NCBI GenBank assembly: GCA_002269645.1
Contig: NIVC01003160.1
Coordinates: 1 to 64,000, forward strand
Origin: Macrostomum lignano
Lineage: Eukaryota
Direction: 5' to 3'
Length of the DNA: 64,000 nt
Position numbers and translations under genes: made by a program. Position 1 is the first letter of the stretch. Every line of letters begins with the position of its first letter. Shown in pieces: positions 1 to 11,429 of this stretch. The notes under the pieces were generated by a model, which was given only the letters and a program-made list of their open reading frames with translations, was not told the DNA's origin and searched no databases.

Positions 1-265
1 CAGCCACCCCATCCTGCTTTCCTACCCTTATGCACCCACCTCACTCCGCTTTCCTACCCCCTTATGCAGCCACCTCAGTCCGCTTTCTACCCCTTATGCA
101 CCCACAGTCCGCTTTCCTACCCCTTATGCACCCACTTCACTCTGCTTTCCTACCCCCTTATGCACCCACCTCAGTCCGCTTTCCTACCCCTTATGCACCA
201 CCTCACTCCGCTTTACTACCCCCTTATGCACCCACCTCACTTCGCTTTATTTCCACCCTTACCTC
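1..265. repeat. Minisatellite, ~34-bp unit (CACCCACCTCACTCCGCTTTCCTACCCCCTTATG), intronic
   Basis: Directly visible tandem copies; source of the repetitive 5' part of ORFs 30..764 and 64..480. Confidence 0.9.
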
Positions 266-284
266 ACCATTTCTTTTTCCTCAG

Positions 285-1123
285 CTACAACTCTCAATCG
301 GAGAACCTGGCTCAACACGGTACACACCCTCGCTGGCTTCACCTGATCAATCTGGCTTTGTTGCTAGGCCAGCTGCCCCAGTATTCGTCCGTCACGCCTG
401 GGCTACTCTACGACAGTCGGCTCAGCAGCAGCAGCAACAGCAGCAGCAGCTCAGTAAAGCTATTGTTCTCGCCTGTCTAGTACCTTTAGCCGCTCTATCA
501 CTGTTTCCGCATCAGGAGCTTCGCTTCCTAGTCCCGCTGTTGCCCTTAGCAACCGTATGCGTCGCTCAACGACTCCGCTGTCGCCTGCCAATATTTAGCT
601 TCGCCTTGCCCTGGATCGCTTTCAACGCTATCGCCGTGATTGGCTTGGGATTTCTGCACCAGGGCGGCGCTCCCATGACCGCTCATGTTGGCGAGCTGAT
701 TCGCTCGACAATAGTCGACTGCAGCCGCAGCAGGAGCCTCTCTGCCATCGGTTGCTGTTCCTAGGCACTTATCCGCCGCCGCAGCACACCCTGCTACTGC
801 CGCAGTCTACCTGTGTACAACTCGAAGATCTCATGGGCAACCGGACTGCGCTGGAGTCCCGGGCTGCCCAGCTTCGATCGGATCGAGTCGCCTCAGTCTA
901 TGCCGTGTTCTCCGCAGTTCACGCCGATCCCGTTAGAGCCGCATTCGCTAAATCTCGCTACGGTTTAAAGTACGCAGCCAGGGTGTACGGCCACCTGTCC
1001 GCTGAGAGCCTACCCCGGCCAGGAGAGTGTTGGCGCGCCTGTCCGAGTCTTCTTCGCCAGTTGTCGAAGCCGGACGATCGCTGTCCGAGGCTCTGTCCAT
1101 TATGGTGTTTCATCTTGTGTTAA
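285..1123 (+). CDS. PIGZ: GPI mannosyltransferase 4 (PIG-Z/SMP3, ALG9-like family), terminal coding exon, two apparent 1-nt frameshifts (~375 and ~700)
   Basis: Acceptor ttctttttcctcag|285. PIGZ-like motifs appear in order across three frames: YNSQSENLAQHGTHPRWLHL (cf. YNLNPQNLARHGTH), LSLFPHQELRFLVPLLP, FNAIAVIGLGFLHQGG, LFLGTYPPPQH, DLMG, GHLSAE. Stop TAA at 1121-1123. Upstream exons lie outside the window. Confidence 0.85.
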
Positions 1124-1194
1124 CCGCCTAACTTGCTGGTTCTTCTGTCATAGAGCTCTGGAGGTAGGGAAATTTCTATCTCACTCCATTTTCC

Positions 1195-1512
1195 TGTCCC
1201 TAGACACCCACCTCACTCCACTTTCTAGCCCCTAGACACCCACCTCACTCCACCTTCTAGCCCCTAGACACCCACCTCACTCCACTTTCTAGCCCTAGAC
1301 ACCCACCTCACTCCACTTTCTAGCCCCTAGACACCCACCTCACTCCATTTCTAGCGCTAGACACCCACCTCACTCCACTTTCTAGCCCCTAGACACCCAC
1401 CTCACTCCATTTTCTAGCGCTAGACACCCACCTCACTCCACTTTCTAGCCCCTAGACACCCACCTCACTCCATTTTCTAGCGCTAGACACCCACCTCACT
1501 CCATTTTCTACC
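1195..1512. repeat. Minisatellite, 31-32-bp unit (TAGACACCCACCTCACTCCACTTTCTAGCCC), ~10 copies
   Basis: Visible tandem copies just 3' of the PIGZ stop. Confidence 0.92.
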
Positions 1513-2074
1513 CAAAAACTCCTATTTCACTCTATTGTCTCAACCAAATGCTGCAATAATATCTTATATTCATTTTGCAATTTATAGATTTATCCATTCT
1601 ATAAACGCACCTTGATCTGTCAGTGAATTTGCATGTTTGTTTCAATTTTTTCTACTTTTTAATCTTATAATTTTGTGCTATCGAATTTTCAATAGAAAAT
1701 CAGTATTTATCGATATTACTTAATGCTTAGTTTTGTACAATAAATCGATTATTTAACATCTGTAGTTTTTAATTACTATTACTTCATGCTTATATTTAGT
1801 TTTGCTCACACGGAATTATGCAGCTCATATAAAGTTAATGCACATTCACTAGTATTGCTACTCTAAGTACCAATTAACAGCTTTTTTCTTTGATTTTTTG
1901 CATAAAAATGCATTATTAATTCCGTCTTGTCTACGTTGTCAAGCACATGAATTTTATTCTCCATATTATTACACAATATATTAAGGACAGGTGCAATAAA
2001 TACGGTTTTTCCTATTTCATTCTTGTAACAATAAGCTACCAAATCAGATGACTTTGCTTGGTTTAAGTTTTTTT

Positions 2075-2715
2075 ATAATCGACCCCATCCAAATCTCTAC
2101 CCCAAGCTCATCGACCCCATTCCGATCTCTACCCAAGCTCATCCACCCCATTCCGATCTCTACCCCAAGCTCATCCACCCCATTCCAATCTCTACCCCAA
2201 GCTCATCCACCCCATTCCAATCTCTACCCCAAGTTCATCCACCCCATTCCAATCTCTACCCCAAGTTCATCCACCCCATTCCGATCTCTACCCCAAGCTC
2301 ATCCACCCCATTCCAATCTCTACCCCAAGCTCATCCACCCCATTCCAATCTCTACCCCAAGTTCATCCACCCCATTCCAATCTCTACCCCAAGTTCATCC
2401 ACCCCTTCCGGATCTCTACCCCAAGCTCATCCACCCCATTCCGATCTCTACCCCAAGCTCATCCACTCCATTCCGATCTCTACCCCAAGCTCATCCACCC
2501 CATTCCGATCTCTACCCCAAGCTCACCCACCCCATCCCCATCTCTACTCCAAGCTCACCCACCCTACCCCGATCTTTACTCCAAGCTCACCCACCCCATC
2601 CCCATCTCTACTCCAAGCTCACCCACCCCATCCCCATCTCTACTCCAAGCTCACCCACCCTACCCCGATCTTTACCCCAAGCTCACCCACCCCACCCCAT
2701 TCTCTACCCCAAGCT
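2075..2715. repeat. Minisatellite, 32-bp unit (ACCCCAAGCTCATCCACCCCATTCCAATCTCT), ~20 copies
   Basis: Visible tandem copies. Confidence 0.92.
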
Positions 2716-2982
2716 TACGGTCGTTCATCGCAAAGACGCAACATTTCTTGATTACACCGTCTGAGTGTTTTTAGATGCGTTTTTTGAAGAAAAATCTACA
2801 TTAACCTCAGTCTTCAGTTTCCTTAGCCAATCGCGTGGCTTACTGTGTTGGAAGAACCGCATTGGCTAGCAGAAACGGAATTTATGCATAAAAATTTCTT
2901 AGTAAAAATGTATCAATGGACTGCAAAAATATACATAAAAATACTCATTAATTGACACTTCTTATTGAAAAACAAGAAAGGC

Positions 2983-3181
2983 ATGCAGTCTGGAAACAGT
3001 CGGAATCCACTGTTGCAGCAGCAGCAACAACACAGTTTAATGCCGCAGCAGTTGCAGCAACAACGGCAGCAGCAGCGGCGGTCTGCCAGTTTTCGCGGTT
3101 GTCCACCAGCTGGCGGGCGACGCCCTCTGCTGTCCGATTCGAGCTCCCTGCAGCAGCCGCAGCGGCCTGAGAGTCCTATGG
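2983..3181 (+). CDS. Synaptotagmin-like tandem-C2 protein, putative exon 1 (MQSGNSRNPLLQQQ...RRSASF...PESPM)
   Basis: ATG at 2983, open Q-rich frame, donor g|gtgagg at 3182 in phase 1, matching the next acceptor. No homology support for this segment. Confidence 0.55.
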
Positions 3182-3458
3182 GTGAGGCATGCAAGCACGC
3201 CAATACTGTACATGTACTTAGGCAAGCATTTGTACACCACGCTCACATAGGGTGTACAGCGGTCCTTGACTTTCTAATCGTCAGGCATTATAAGAGCCGT
3301 ACACTCAGTCTGGACAAATTTTCGTGCAGAAGCGCGAGATTCGGACCTTGTCTGACCTACCCCGAGGCACAAATTTTTGCTTTGCTAACTAACGATCCAA
3401 AACAATCCTTGCTATAAGCCCCAGTAATCAATACAGTGCACTTACATACCGCACTCAG

Positions 3459-3652
3459 CCATCGACCCGTCCAAGCTGGCGCCAAAACGGTCGAGCTTCT
3501 CCGACGCCGTCAGCCTCTCCCCAGCGCGCCGTAGAAAATTTGCCACCCCAGCCCGGGAGAATCCGAAGTGTTCGACCGGCGACTGGAGGACTCGTTGCGT
3601 GATTTGCGAATCATGCAGACAAGACAGCTGGCTCGTCAGCAGGGTGCCAGCG
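3459..3652 (+). CDS. Synaptotagmin-like gene, exon 2 (AIDPSKLAPKRSSFSD...EVFDRRLEDSLRDLRIMQTRQLARQQGAS), probable 1-nt deletion at ~3535-3560
   Basis: Acceptor cactcag|3459 (phase 1), donor g|gtgaga at 3653. Length is 194 nt, one short of the 195 needed for phase 1 to phase 1. Confidence 0.55.
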
Positions 3653-3699
3653 GTGAGAGCCATTCTCTGTAGAAATGTACGCCTTAGCCATATTCCTTC

Positions 3700-4075
3700 C
3701 TTACTCACTGCGCAACCCTCACCACCCCATTCCTTCTCTCTGTCCTGCGAACCCCCTCGCCACCTCCCCATTCCTTCTCTGTCCTGCGCAACCCCACCTC
3801 CCAATTCCTTCCCTCTGTCCGCGAACCCCTTCCGCCTCCTCCCCATTCCTTCTCTGTCCTGCGCAGCCCCACCTCCCAATTCCTTCCCTCTGTCCTGCGA
3901 ACCCCCTCCCCACCTCCCAATTCCTTCCCTCTGTCCTGCGAACCTCTTCTCCCCCACCCCATTCCTTCTCTCTGTCCTGCAAACCCGCTCTCCACCACCC
4001 CATTCCTTCTCTGTTCTGCAAACCTCCTCCACATTACCAAATTTCTCTGTCGTGCGTACAACCCCCACCACCCAT
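3700..4075. repeat. Imperfect ~38-bp pyrimidine-rich minisatellite
   Basis: Recurring TCTGTCCTGCG...ATTCCTTC blocks. Confidence 0.85.
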
Positions 4076-4964
4076 TATTTCTGTCTGTACACCCCACCCA
4101 AGGACAGCTTAAGACGACTGGTATCCTTAAAGCGTCCTTGCAACCCACCAACCATATTGCTTTCCCAGCAATATTCAGACCCAAAAATCGTTCTTTTTTG
4201 GCTTAAGTCGTCAATACGGAACACAATTAGTGACCTGCAGAGAGTCCCAGCACGTGCCAGCATTCGTGACGATTGACATTGAAATTGCATGGCGATTAAT
4301 AAAAATGGTCACAGACAGGCCTCACAATACATCAATTAAAGAGACACGCCTATTTCGTGTGATTCCGATTTTGCTTAGATTAATACTTCCCTCACCTGAC
4401 CAACAGCCAATTAGTCAGAAAAATCTGGCCGCCCCTGCCAATCGAAGGGAAATTAAAAATCTAAAAGTATAGGGTATTCGAAAATCAGTAGGTAAATGCA
4501 TCGAATGAAAGTACAAAATGGAGCACCGAATTGTCTCATTTTCTAGCAAGTTTTAGCGCTGTATGGGGGGGGCTTTACTTTTCGAGCCAGGCTGGGACAG
4601 GGAAATTTTCAAGTGGCGCACCCAAACCAATTTCGATAGCTCGAACTGCTTAGAAGTCTCTCTCTCTCGCTCTCTCTCTCTCTCGCTCTCACTGAAATCG
4701 ATTCCATCTCCTGGACGCTTGCGCGAGCAAATCTGTAATGGAACTCTGCTTTTTCAGAAAAGAAAGTTGCTCTCAGCTGCTTTCCGCGCCGTTATTTCCT
4801 AGTCTTCATTTAGTTTCAAGCCGATGAAATGCTGAAACTTTCTAAATCGAACTTTTTTATCTTTAGTGATGGACCCCCCCCTCTCTCCCTTTCTCAATAA
4901 TCCCTGACTGTTACTGCATGACTTTAGAAAATAGTTATTTGGAATTGCATACTTTGTATGATGC

Positions 4965-5950
4965 AGACAGGAGAGGCAGAGATACGACAGGAGAGGCAGA
5001 GATACAGACAGGAGAGGGAGAGATACAGAAATTATAGGGAGAGATACAGACATTAGAGGAGAGATACGAGCTACAGACATTAGAGGAGAGATACAGACAG
5101 GAGAGGCAGAGATACAGACAGGAGAGGGAGAGATACAGACAGGAGAGGGAGAGATACAGACAGGAGAGGGAGAGATACAGACAGGAGAGGGAGAGATACA
5201 GAAATTATAGGGAGAGATACAGACATTAGAGGAGAGATACGAGCTACAGACATTAGAGGAGAGATACAGACATTAGAGGAAGAGATACAGACAGGAGAGG
5301 GAGAGATACAAACAGGAGAGGGAGAGATACAGACATTAGAGGGAGAGATACAGACATTAGAGGAAGAGATACAGACAGGAGAGGGAGAGATACAAACAGG
5401 AGAGGGAGAGATACAGACAGGAGAGGGAGAGAGAGAGGGAGAGATACAGACAGGAGAGGGAGAGACACAGACAGGAGAGGGAGAGATACAAACAGGAGAG
5501 GGAGAGATACAGACAGGAGAGGGAGAGGGAGAGGGAGAGGGAGAGGGAGAGATACAGACAGGAGAGGGAGAGATACAAACAGGAGAGGGAGAGATACAGA
5601 CAGGAGAGGGAGAGATACAAACAGGAGAGGGAGAGATACAGACAGGAGAGGGAGAGATACAAACAGGAGAGGGAGAGATACAGACAGGAGAGGGAGAGGG
5701 AGAGGGAGAGATACAGACAGGAGAGGGAGAGATACAGACAGGAGAGGGAGAGATACAGACAGGAGAGGCAGAGATACAGACAGGAGAGGGAGAGATACAG
5801 ACAGGAGAGGGAGAGATACAGACAGGAGAGGGAGAGATACAGACAGGAGAGGAAGAGATACAGACAGGAGAGGGAGAGATACAGACAGGAGAGGGAGAGA
5901 TACAGACAGGAGAGGAAGAGATACAGACAGGAGAGGGAGAGATACAGACT
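4965..5950. repeat. Minisatellite, 21-bp unit (CAGACAGGAGAGGGAGAGATA)
   Basis: Visible tandem copies with GAGAGG insertions. Confidence 0.93.
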
Positions 5951-6444
5951 AAAAAGAAGACACAATGCGGTGCAAGACAGTTGGCGCAGAGACGGATGAC
6001 TGCAGCCCTCTTAGACAGTGTTGGCTGCCGCTGACAGCGAAGGGTCAGCATTCGGGCTTCCTCATTGAGTCAGCGCAGGAGTGAGGGGCATTAATTACGG
6101 TTTCACGGTTTCATAATTAATACAGCGGTCGAGCCCTTCACGGCCGACATAAACTCAATTAGCTACTTCTGTGACGGCGGACGCTTACCCATTCTCCTCA
6201 CAAGACTTTGGGGCTTTTTATCCCATTTCCTTTGGTCGGACATCCTTACGGCGTTGAGGCAAAAAGGAATAGCAAAAGATGCAAGATCGCTTTTATTTTG
6301 CTTTCAGAGTTGCTCTATTAGTCCTGAAATAGGTCGCACTTCTTCGACTGGTAATTATTAATCCGGTTTGCTCTTTTGCGAATTAGCAGCGCCTTAATTG
6401 ATTTATTTTATTTTACACCAATTCTCTTTCTTCTTTACTTTCCC

Positions 6445-7105
6445 ACTGCAGTCCCGCCTCATATCTCCCTCTGTGCTCTCCCTGAGGTTCCATCTGTCTC
6501 CTTCTGTGCTCTCCCTGAGGTTCCACCTGTCTCCCTCTGTGCTCTCCCTGAGGTTCCATCTGTCTCCTTCTGTGCTCTCCCTGAGGTTCCATCTGTCTCC
6601 TTCTGTGCTCTCCCTGAGGTTCCATCTGTCTCCTTCTGTGCTCTCCCTGAGGTTCCATCTGTCTCCTTCTGTGCTCTCCCTGAGGTTCCATCTGTCTCCT
6701 TCTGTACTCTCCCTGAGGTTCCACCTGTCTCCCTCTGTGCTCTCCCTGAGGTTCCATCTGTCTCCTTCTGTGCTCTCCCTGAGGTTCCATCTGTCTCCTT
6801 CTGTACTCTCCCTGAGGTTCCACCTGTCTCCCTCTGTGCTCTCCCTGAAGTTCTACCTGTCTCCCTCTGTGCTCTCCCTGAGGTTCCACCTGTCTCCCTC
6901 TGTGCTCTCCCTGAGGTTCCATCTGTCTCCTTCTGTGCTCTCCCTGAGGTTCCATCTGTCTCCTTCTGTGCTCTCCCTGAGGTTCCACTTGTCTCCTTCT
7001 GTACTCTCCCTGAGGTTCCACTTGTCTCTTTCTGTACTCTCCCTGAGGTTCCACCTGTCTCCTTCTGTACTCTCCCTGAGGTTTCACCTGTCTCCTTCAC
7101 TCGCT
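6445..7105. repeat. Minisatellite, 33-bp unit (CTCTCCCTGAGGTTCCATCTGTCTCCTTCTGTG), ~20 copies
   Basis: Visible tandem copies; 11-aa periodic ORFs. Confidence 0.95.
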
Positions 7106-7554
7106 CCCTATATACCCTTCCCTTCGATGTATCTGCTTCTCAAGATGTCTCATTTGTTTGTCGACTTATTTTTCCGTTGAATATTCTATCTACCTCGAAA
7201 AATTCCAAAATAATAATTTCCTGAAGCCAGTCAGTGTGCGCGGGACTCGAAGCTCAGATGCTGGCGGTCGATTTCACAATCACAAAGAATGCTTTTTGAT
7301 TTGCTTTTTGATTAATTTGTTCATCTAGAATTTTATGGTTATGGCATAATGAGAATTCTTTCTTATTGACAAATCAACCGCGATGTATTTTAATTGCGGC
7401 AGCGGAACGAAGAGATTATGGGTTGGACTATTTAGCTCGTGAGATTCCCAATATCTGTTCGATCCGGCGAATGCCGGCTAAATTATTATGCTACGGAGTT
7501 TCTTAGAAAATCACAAAATTCTTAGGTGACCTACGTTGGTGAGGAGGGTGAGGG

Positions 7555-7880
7555 AGAAGGGAGTGAGGGAGACAGAGGTGAGTGAGGGAGACAGAAGTGA
7601 GTGAGGGAGACAGAGGTGATCGAGTGAGGGAGACAGGTGATCGAGTGAGGGAGACAGAGGTGAGTGGGGAGACAGAGGTGAGTGAGGGAGACAGAGGTGA
7701 GTGAGGGAGACAGAGGTGAGTGAGGGAGACAGAGGTGAGTGAGGGAGACAGAGGTGAGTGAGGGAGACAGAGGTGAGTGAGGGAGACAGAGGTGAGTGAG
7801 GGAGACAGAGGTGAGTGAGGGAGACAAAAGTGAGTGAGGGAGACAGAGGTGAGTGACGGAGACAGAGGTGAGTGAGGAAG
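7555..7880 (+). repeat. Minisatellite, 19-bp unit (GTGAGTGAGGGAGACAGAG)
   Basis: Visible tandem copies; inverted relative to the 8378-8965 array. Confidence 0.92.
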
Positions 7881-8377
7881 GCAGAAGGTAGAGCTGCATT
7901 GTACAGTTTGATGAAGTGAGTAGAGATGCTGGTATAAGAAGAGAAGCGAGTGCTTCTCCTTCCCCAAAATGAAGAGAATATCGTATATTTATTAAAGCTG
8001 CATTTAATTTGCAAACACTATGCAAAAAGAATAATGGATTTGTCATTCTGGAATAGTACAAGTCATTGGGGATGATGCCATAATTGAAGGAAAATCTCAT
8101 AGGGGATGAGGTATTGGAGGAAAAGCCACTCAATACCTCATCCCCTCAGTCAATCAGTTGCGCCTGATCCTCGAGAACGCGCCCTCACTGTTTTATGCTA
8201 TTACTTTTCTTGCAGCTGGCAGGAATAAATAACGAGGGCCTGTTGCGGAGCCAAAATTCTAGTCTGATATTTCGCGTCACAAAGGATTCTAATTTTAAAA
8301 CCTATGCAGTCTGCAAAAATCTGCTTGGAGAGGACACGCAACGTTTTTAACGTATTTCAAAATCATAATTCAACATG

Positions 8378-8965
8378 CTCCCTTTTGTCTCCCTCACTCT
8401 CTCCCTCACTCTCTCCGTCACTCCCTTCTGTCTCCCTCACTCTCTCCCTCACTGTCTCCGTTACTCCCTTCTGTCTCCCTCACTCTCTCCCTCACTCTCT
8501 CCCTCACTCTCTCCCTCACTCTCTCCCTCACTCTCTCCCTCACTCTCTCCGTTACTCCCTTCTGTCTCCCTCACTCTCTCCCTCACTCTCTCCCTCACTC
8601 TCTCCGTTACTCCCTTCTGTCTCCCTCACTCTCTCCCTCACTCTCTCCCTCACTGTCTCCGTTACTCCCTTCTGTCTCCCTCACTCTCTCCCTCACTGTC
8701 TCCGTCACTCTCTCCGTTACTCCCTTCTGTCTCCCTCACTCTCTCCGTTACTCCCTTCTGTCTCCCTCACTCTCTCCGTTACTCCCTTCTGTCTCCCTCA
8801 CTCTCTCCCTCACTCCCTTCTGTCTCCCTCACTCTCTCCCTTAATCACTTCCGTCTCCCTCACTCACTTCTGTCTCCCTCACTCACTTATATCTCCCTCA
8901 CTCACTTCTATCTCCCTCACTCACTTTTATCTCCCTCACTCACTTCTATCTCCCTCACTCTCACT
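8378..8965 (-). repeat. CTCCCTCACT-based composite minisatellite, reverse-complement relative of the 7555-7880 array
   Basis: The reverse complement of TCACTTCTGTCTCCCTCACTC is GAGTGAGGGAGACAGAAGTGA, which is present in the left array. Confidence 0.88.
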
Positions 8966-9559
8966 CAATGCCTCTCTCTACCGCATTCACACCCATGACG
9001 GCCAACTCTTCCAAGGTGTGAAATTGTTTGAGACTCAGGCCCCTTATACACTTTGTTTTTTAGCATGTGTCTGCGTAAAAACTCAAATAAATAAGCCATA
9101 TCTATATGACTGCCGATATGTATCGAAAAATAACTTTCCACATTGCTAAAACAAACTACGAAATAAGAAAAAGTTTGATAAGCCGGATTTGAGAGGGAAA
9201 AGTGCTAAGGAATTAACTCTATCTAGGAAAGTGTTCAGCCAGTGCAGAAGTTGACTCTCTTTATTGTGTGTACTAAGATAATTTGAAGGCATAAGTCTGT
9301 CACCTGTCAATTATTTAATAGGTGATTGCGTGACTGGGGCAAACAGGGGCTCCTACTAAGCCACTAAGACGCTAAGCCACAAACACAGACTTCGGCTTCC
9401 AATCTGGCCGACTAATTAGGGATGACATTTTCGATCAAATGAAGCACACTATGTATCTGTCGGTTGTTTCACATTTCTCTACAAATTCCGCTATTATTTT
9501 CCTTATATTCCTACTCCTACTAAGTAAGTAGTATGATTCATACATATTTTTCATTTTAG

Positions 9560-9769
9560 GCCTTACTGCGACCAGCAGCAGCAGCAGTTCCAGCGTGGCT
9601 CCGACAGCCGCATCAGCCGCCGCGACTTTCAGCATCCCGGAGGAGTCAGCGACTGCCGATCCAGCGCCTGCTGGAGAGCTTCTTGGAGGTGCCGCGGCCG
9701 GCATGGGATTGAGGAAGCGAGCCCAGAGCCTCGCTGCCACAATGTTCAACTTGCAGGACCTGCAGCTGG
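9560..9769 (+). CDS. Synaptotagmin-like gene, exon 3 (GLTATSSS...RKRAQSLAATMFNLQDLQL)
   Basis: Acceptor tttttcattttag|9560, donor g|gtgagc at 9770, 210 nt, phase 1-1, GC-rich island between repeats. Confidence 0.7.
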
Positions 9770-9776
9770 GTGAGCA

Positions 9777-10960
9777 GGATGCTTGACCCCGATGCTTGAC
9801 CCCTGATGTTTGACCCCCCTGATGCTTGACCTCCGATGCTTGACCCCGATGCTTGACCCCTGATGTTTGACCCCCCTGATGCTTGACCTCCGATGCTTGA
9901 CCCCCGATGCTTGACCCCTGATGCTTGACCCCCGTTGCTTGACCCCCCGATGCTTGACCCCGATGATTGACCCCCGATGCTTGATCCCTGATGCTTGACC
10001 CCCGATGCTTGACCCCGATGCTTGACCCCCGATGCTTGACCCCTGATGTTTGACCCACGATGCTTGACCCCCCCCCGATGCTTGACCGCCGATGATTGAC
10101 CCCCGATGCTTGATCCCTGATGCTTGACCCCCGATGCTTGACCCACGATGCTTGACCCCCCGATGCTTGACCCCCGATGATTGACCCCTGATGCTTGATC
10201 CCTGATGCTTGACCCCCGATGCTTGACTCCTGATGCTTGACCTCCGATGCTTAACCCCCGATGCTTGACCTCCGATTCTTGACCCCCGATGCTTGACCCT
10301 GATGTTTGACCAACGATGCTTGACCCCCCCTCCGATGCTTGACCTCCGATGCTTGACCCCTGATGCTTGACCTCCGATGCTTAACTCCCGATGCTTGACG
10401 CCCCCGATGCTTAACCCCGATGCTTGACCCCCGATGCTTGACCCCCGATGCTTGACCCCTGATGTTTGACCCCCGATGCTTGACCCCCCGATGCTTGACC
10501 CCGATGCTTGACCCCCGATGCTCGACCTCCGATGCTTAACCCCCGATGTTTGACCCCCGATGCTTGACCCCGATGCTTGACCCCGATGCTTGACCCCGAT
10601 GCTTGACCCCGATGCTTGACCCCCGATGCTTGACCCCCGATGCTTGACCCCGATGCTTGACCCCCGATGCTTGACCCCCGATGCTTGACCCCCGATGCTT
10701 GACCCCAAATGCTTGACCCCCGATGCTTGACCCCCGATGCTTGACCCCCGATGCTTGACCCCCGATGCTTGACCCCCGATGCTTGACCCTGATGTTTGAC
10801 CCCCGATGCTTGACCCCGATGCTTGACCCCCGATGCTTGACCCCCGATGCTTGACCCCCGATGCTTGACCCCAAATGCTTGACCCCCGATGTTTGACCCC
10901 CAGTGTATGAACCTCAATGTGTGACCCCCTACACTTGACCCCTGTTGCTTGACCCCCGCC
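9777..10960. repeat. Minisatellite, 13-14-bp unit GATGCTTGACCCC(C) with variable poly-C
   Basis: Starts about 8 nt after the exon 3 donor. Confidence 0.95.
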
Positions 10961-11429
10961 CCCGATACTTTCCCCTAGCTGTTTGCTTTCACCGATGCTT
11001 TTTACATCAAAGTCCCACAGTCCTGCAGTAAAGGCAATCACCTGTGACCTAACAGCCACGTGATAGATTTTAACACAGCAGCCCCCCCCCCCTCATCATG
11101 GGGTCTAAGCTCTTTAAATCATGTATTTTTTCATTGAAGTCAATCTTCTTTACTTTCTTCCTGCAACAATCCATCAATTATATTACACAGCAATAATATA
11201 TTGTTGAAATATGAGCGTGCATAATGCAGAGCCATTCAAGTAGATTAACTCAGCATAAGCCTGATGACCTTCTCCATTCGCTTCCTCTCCTCACCTACCC
11301 TCTTCCCTTGTTTCCGCTCTCGCCAACAACCTTTCTTGGAAAAACAGGTCACAGTGTGCAGTGTGAGTCTGCTCTGCAAATCTCTATTTTTATTTAAAAA
11401 GTTAACAATGTCTTCCTCAGTCACTCTGT

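Noticed and set aside
3560-3652. Unshifted frame of exon 2 reads CVICESCRQ, similar to the rabphilin/Slp zinc-finger segment CVVCEDCKK
   Set aside because: The other Zn ligands are missing, this frame ends in phase 0 and hits a stop in exon 3, and the shifted frame has much more typical codon usage. Not fully excluded without cDNA.
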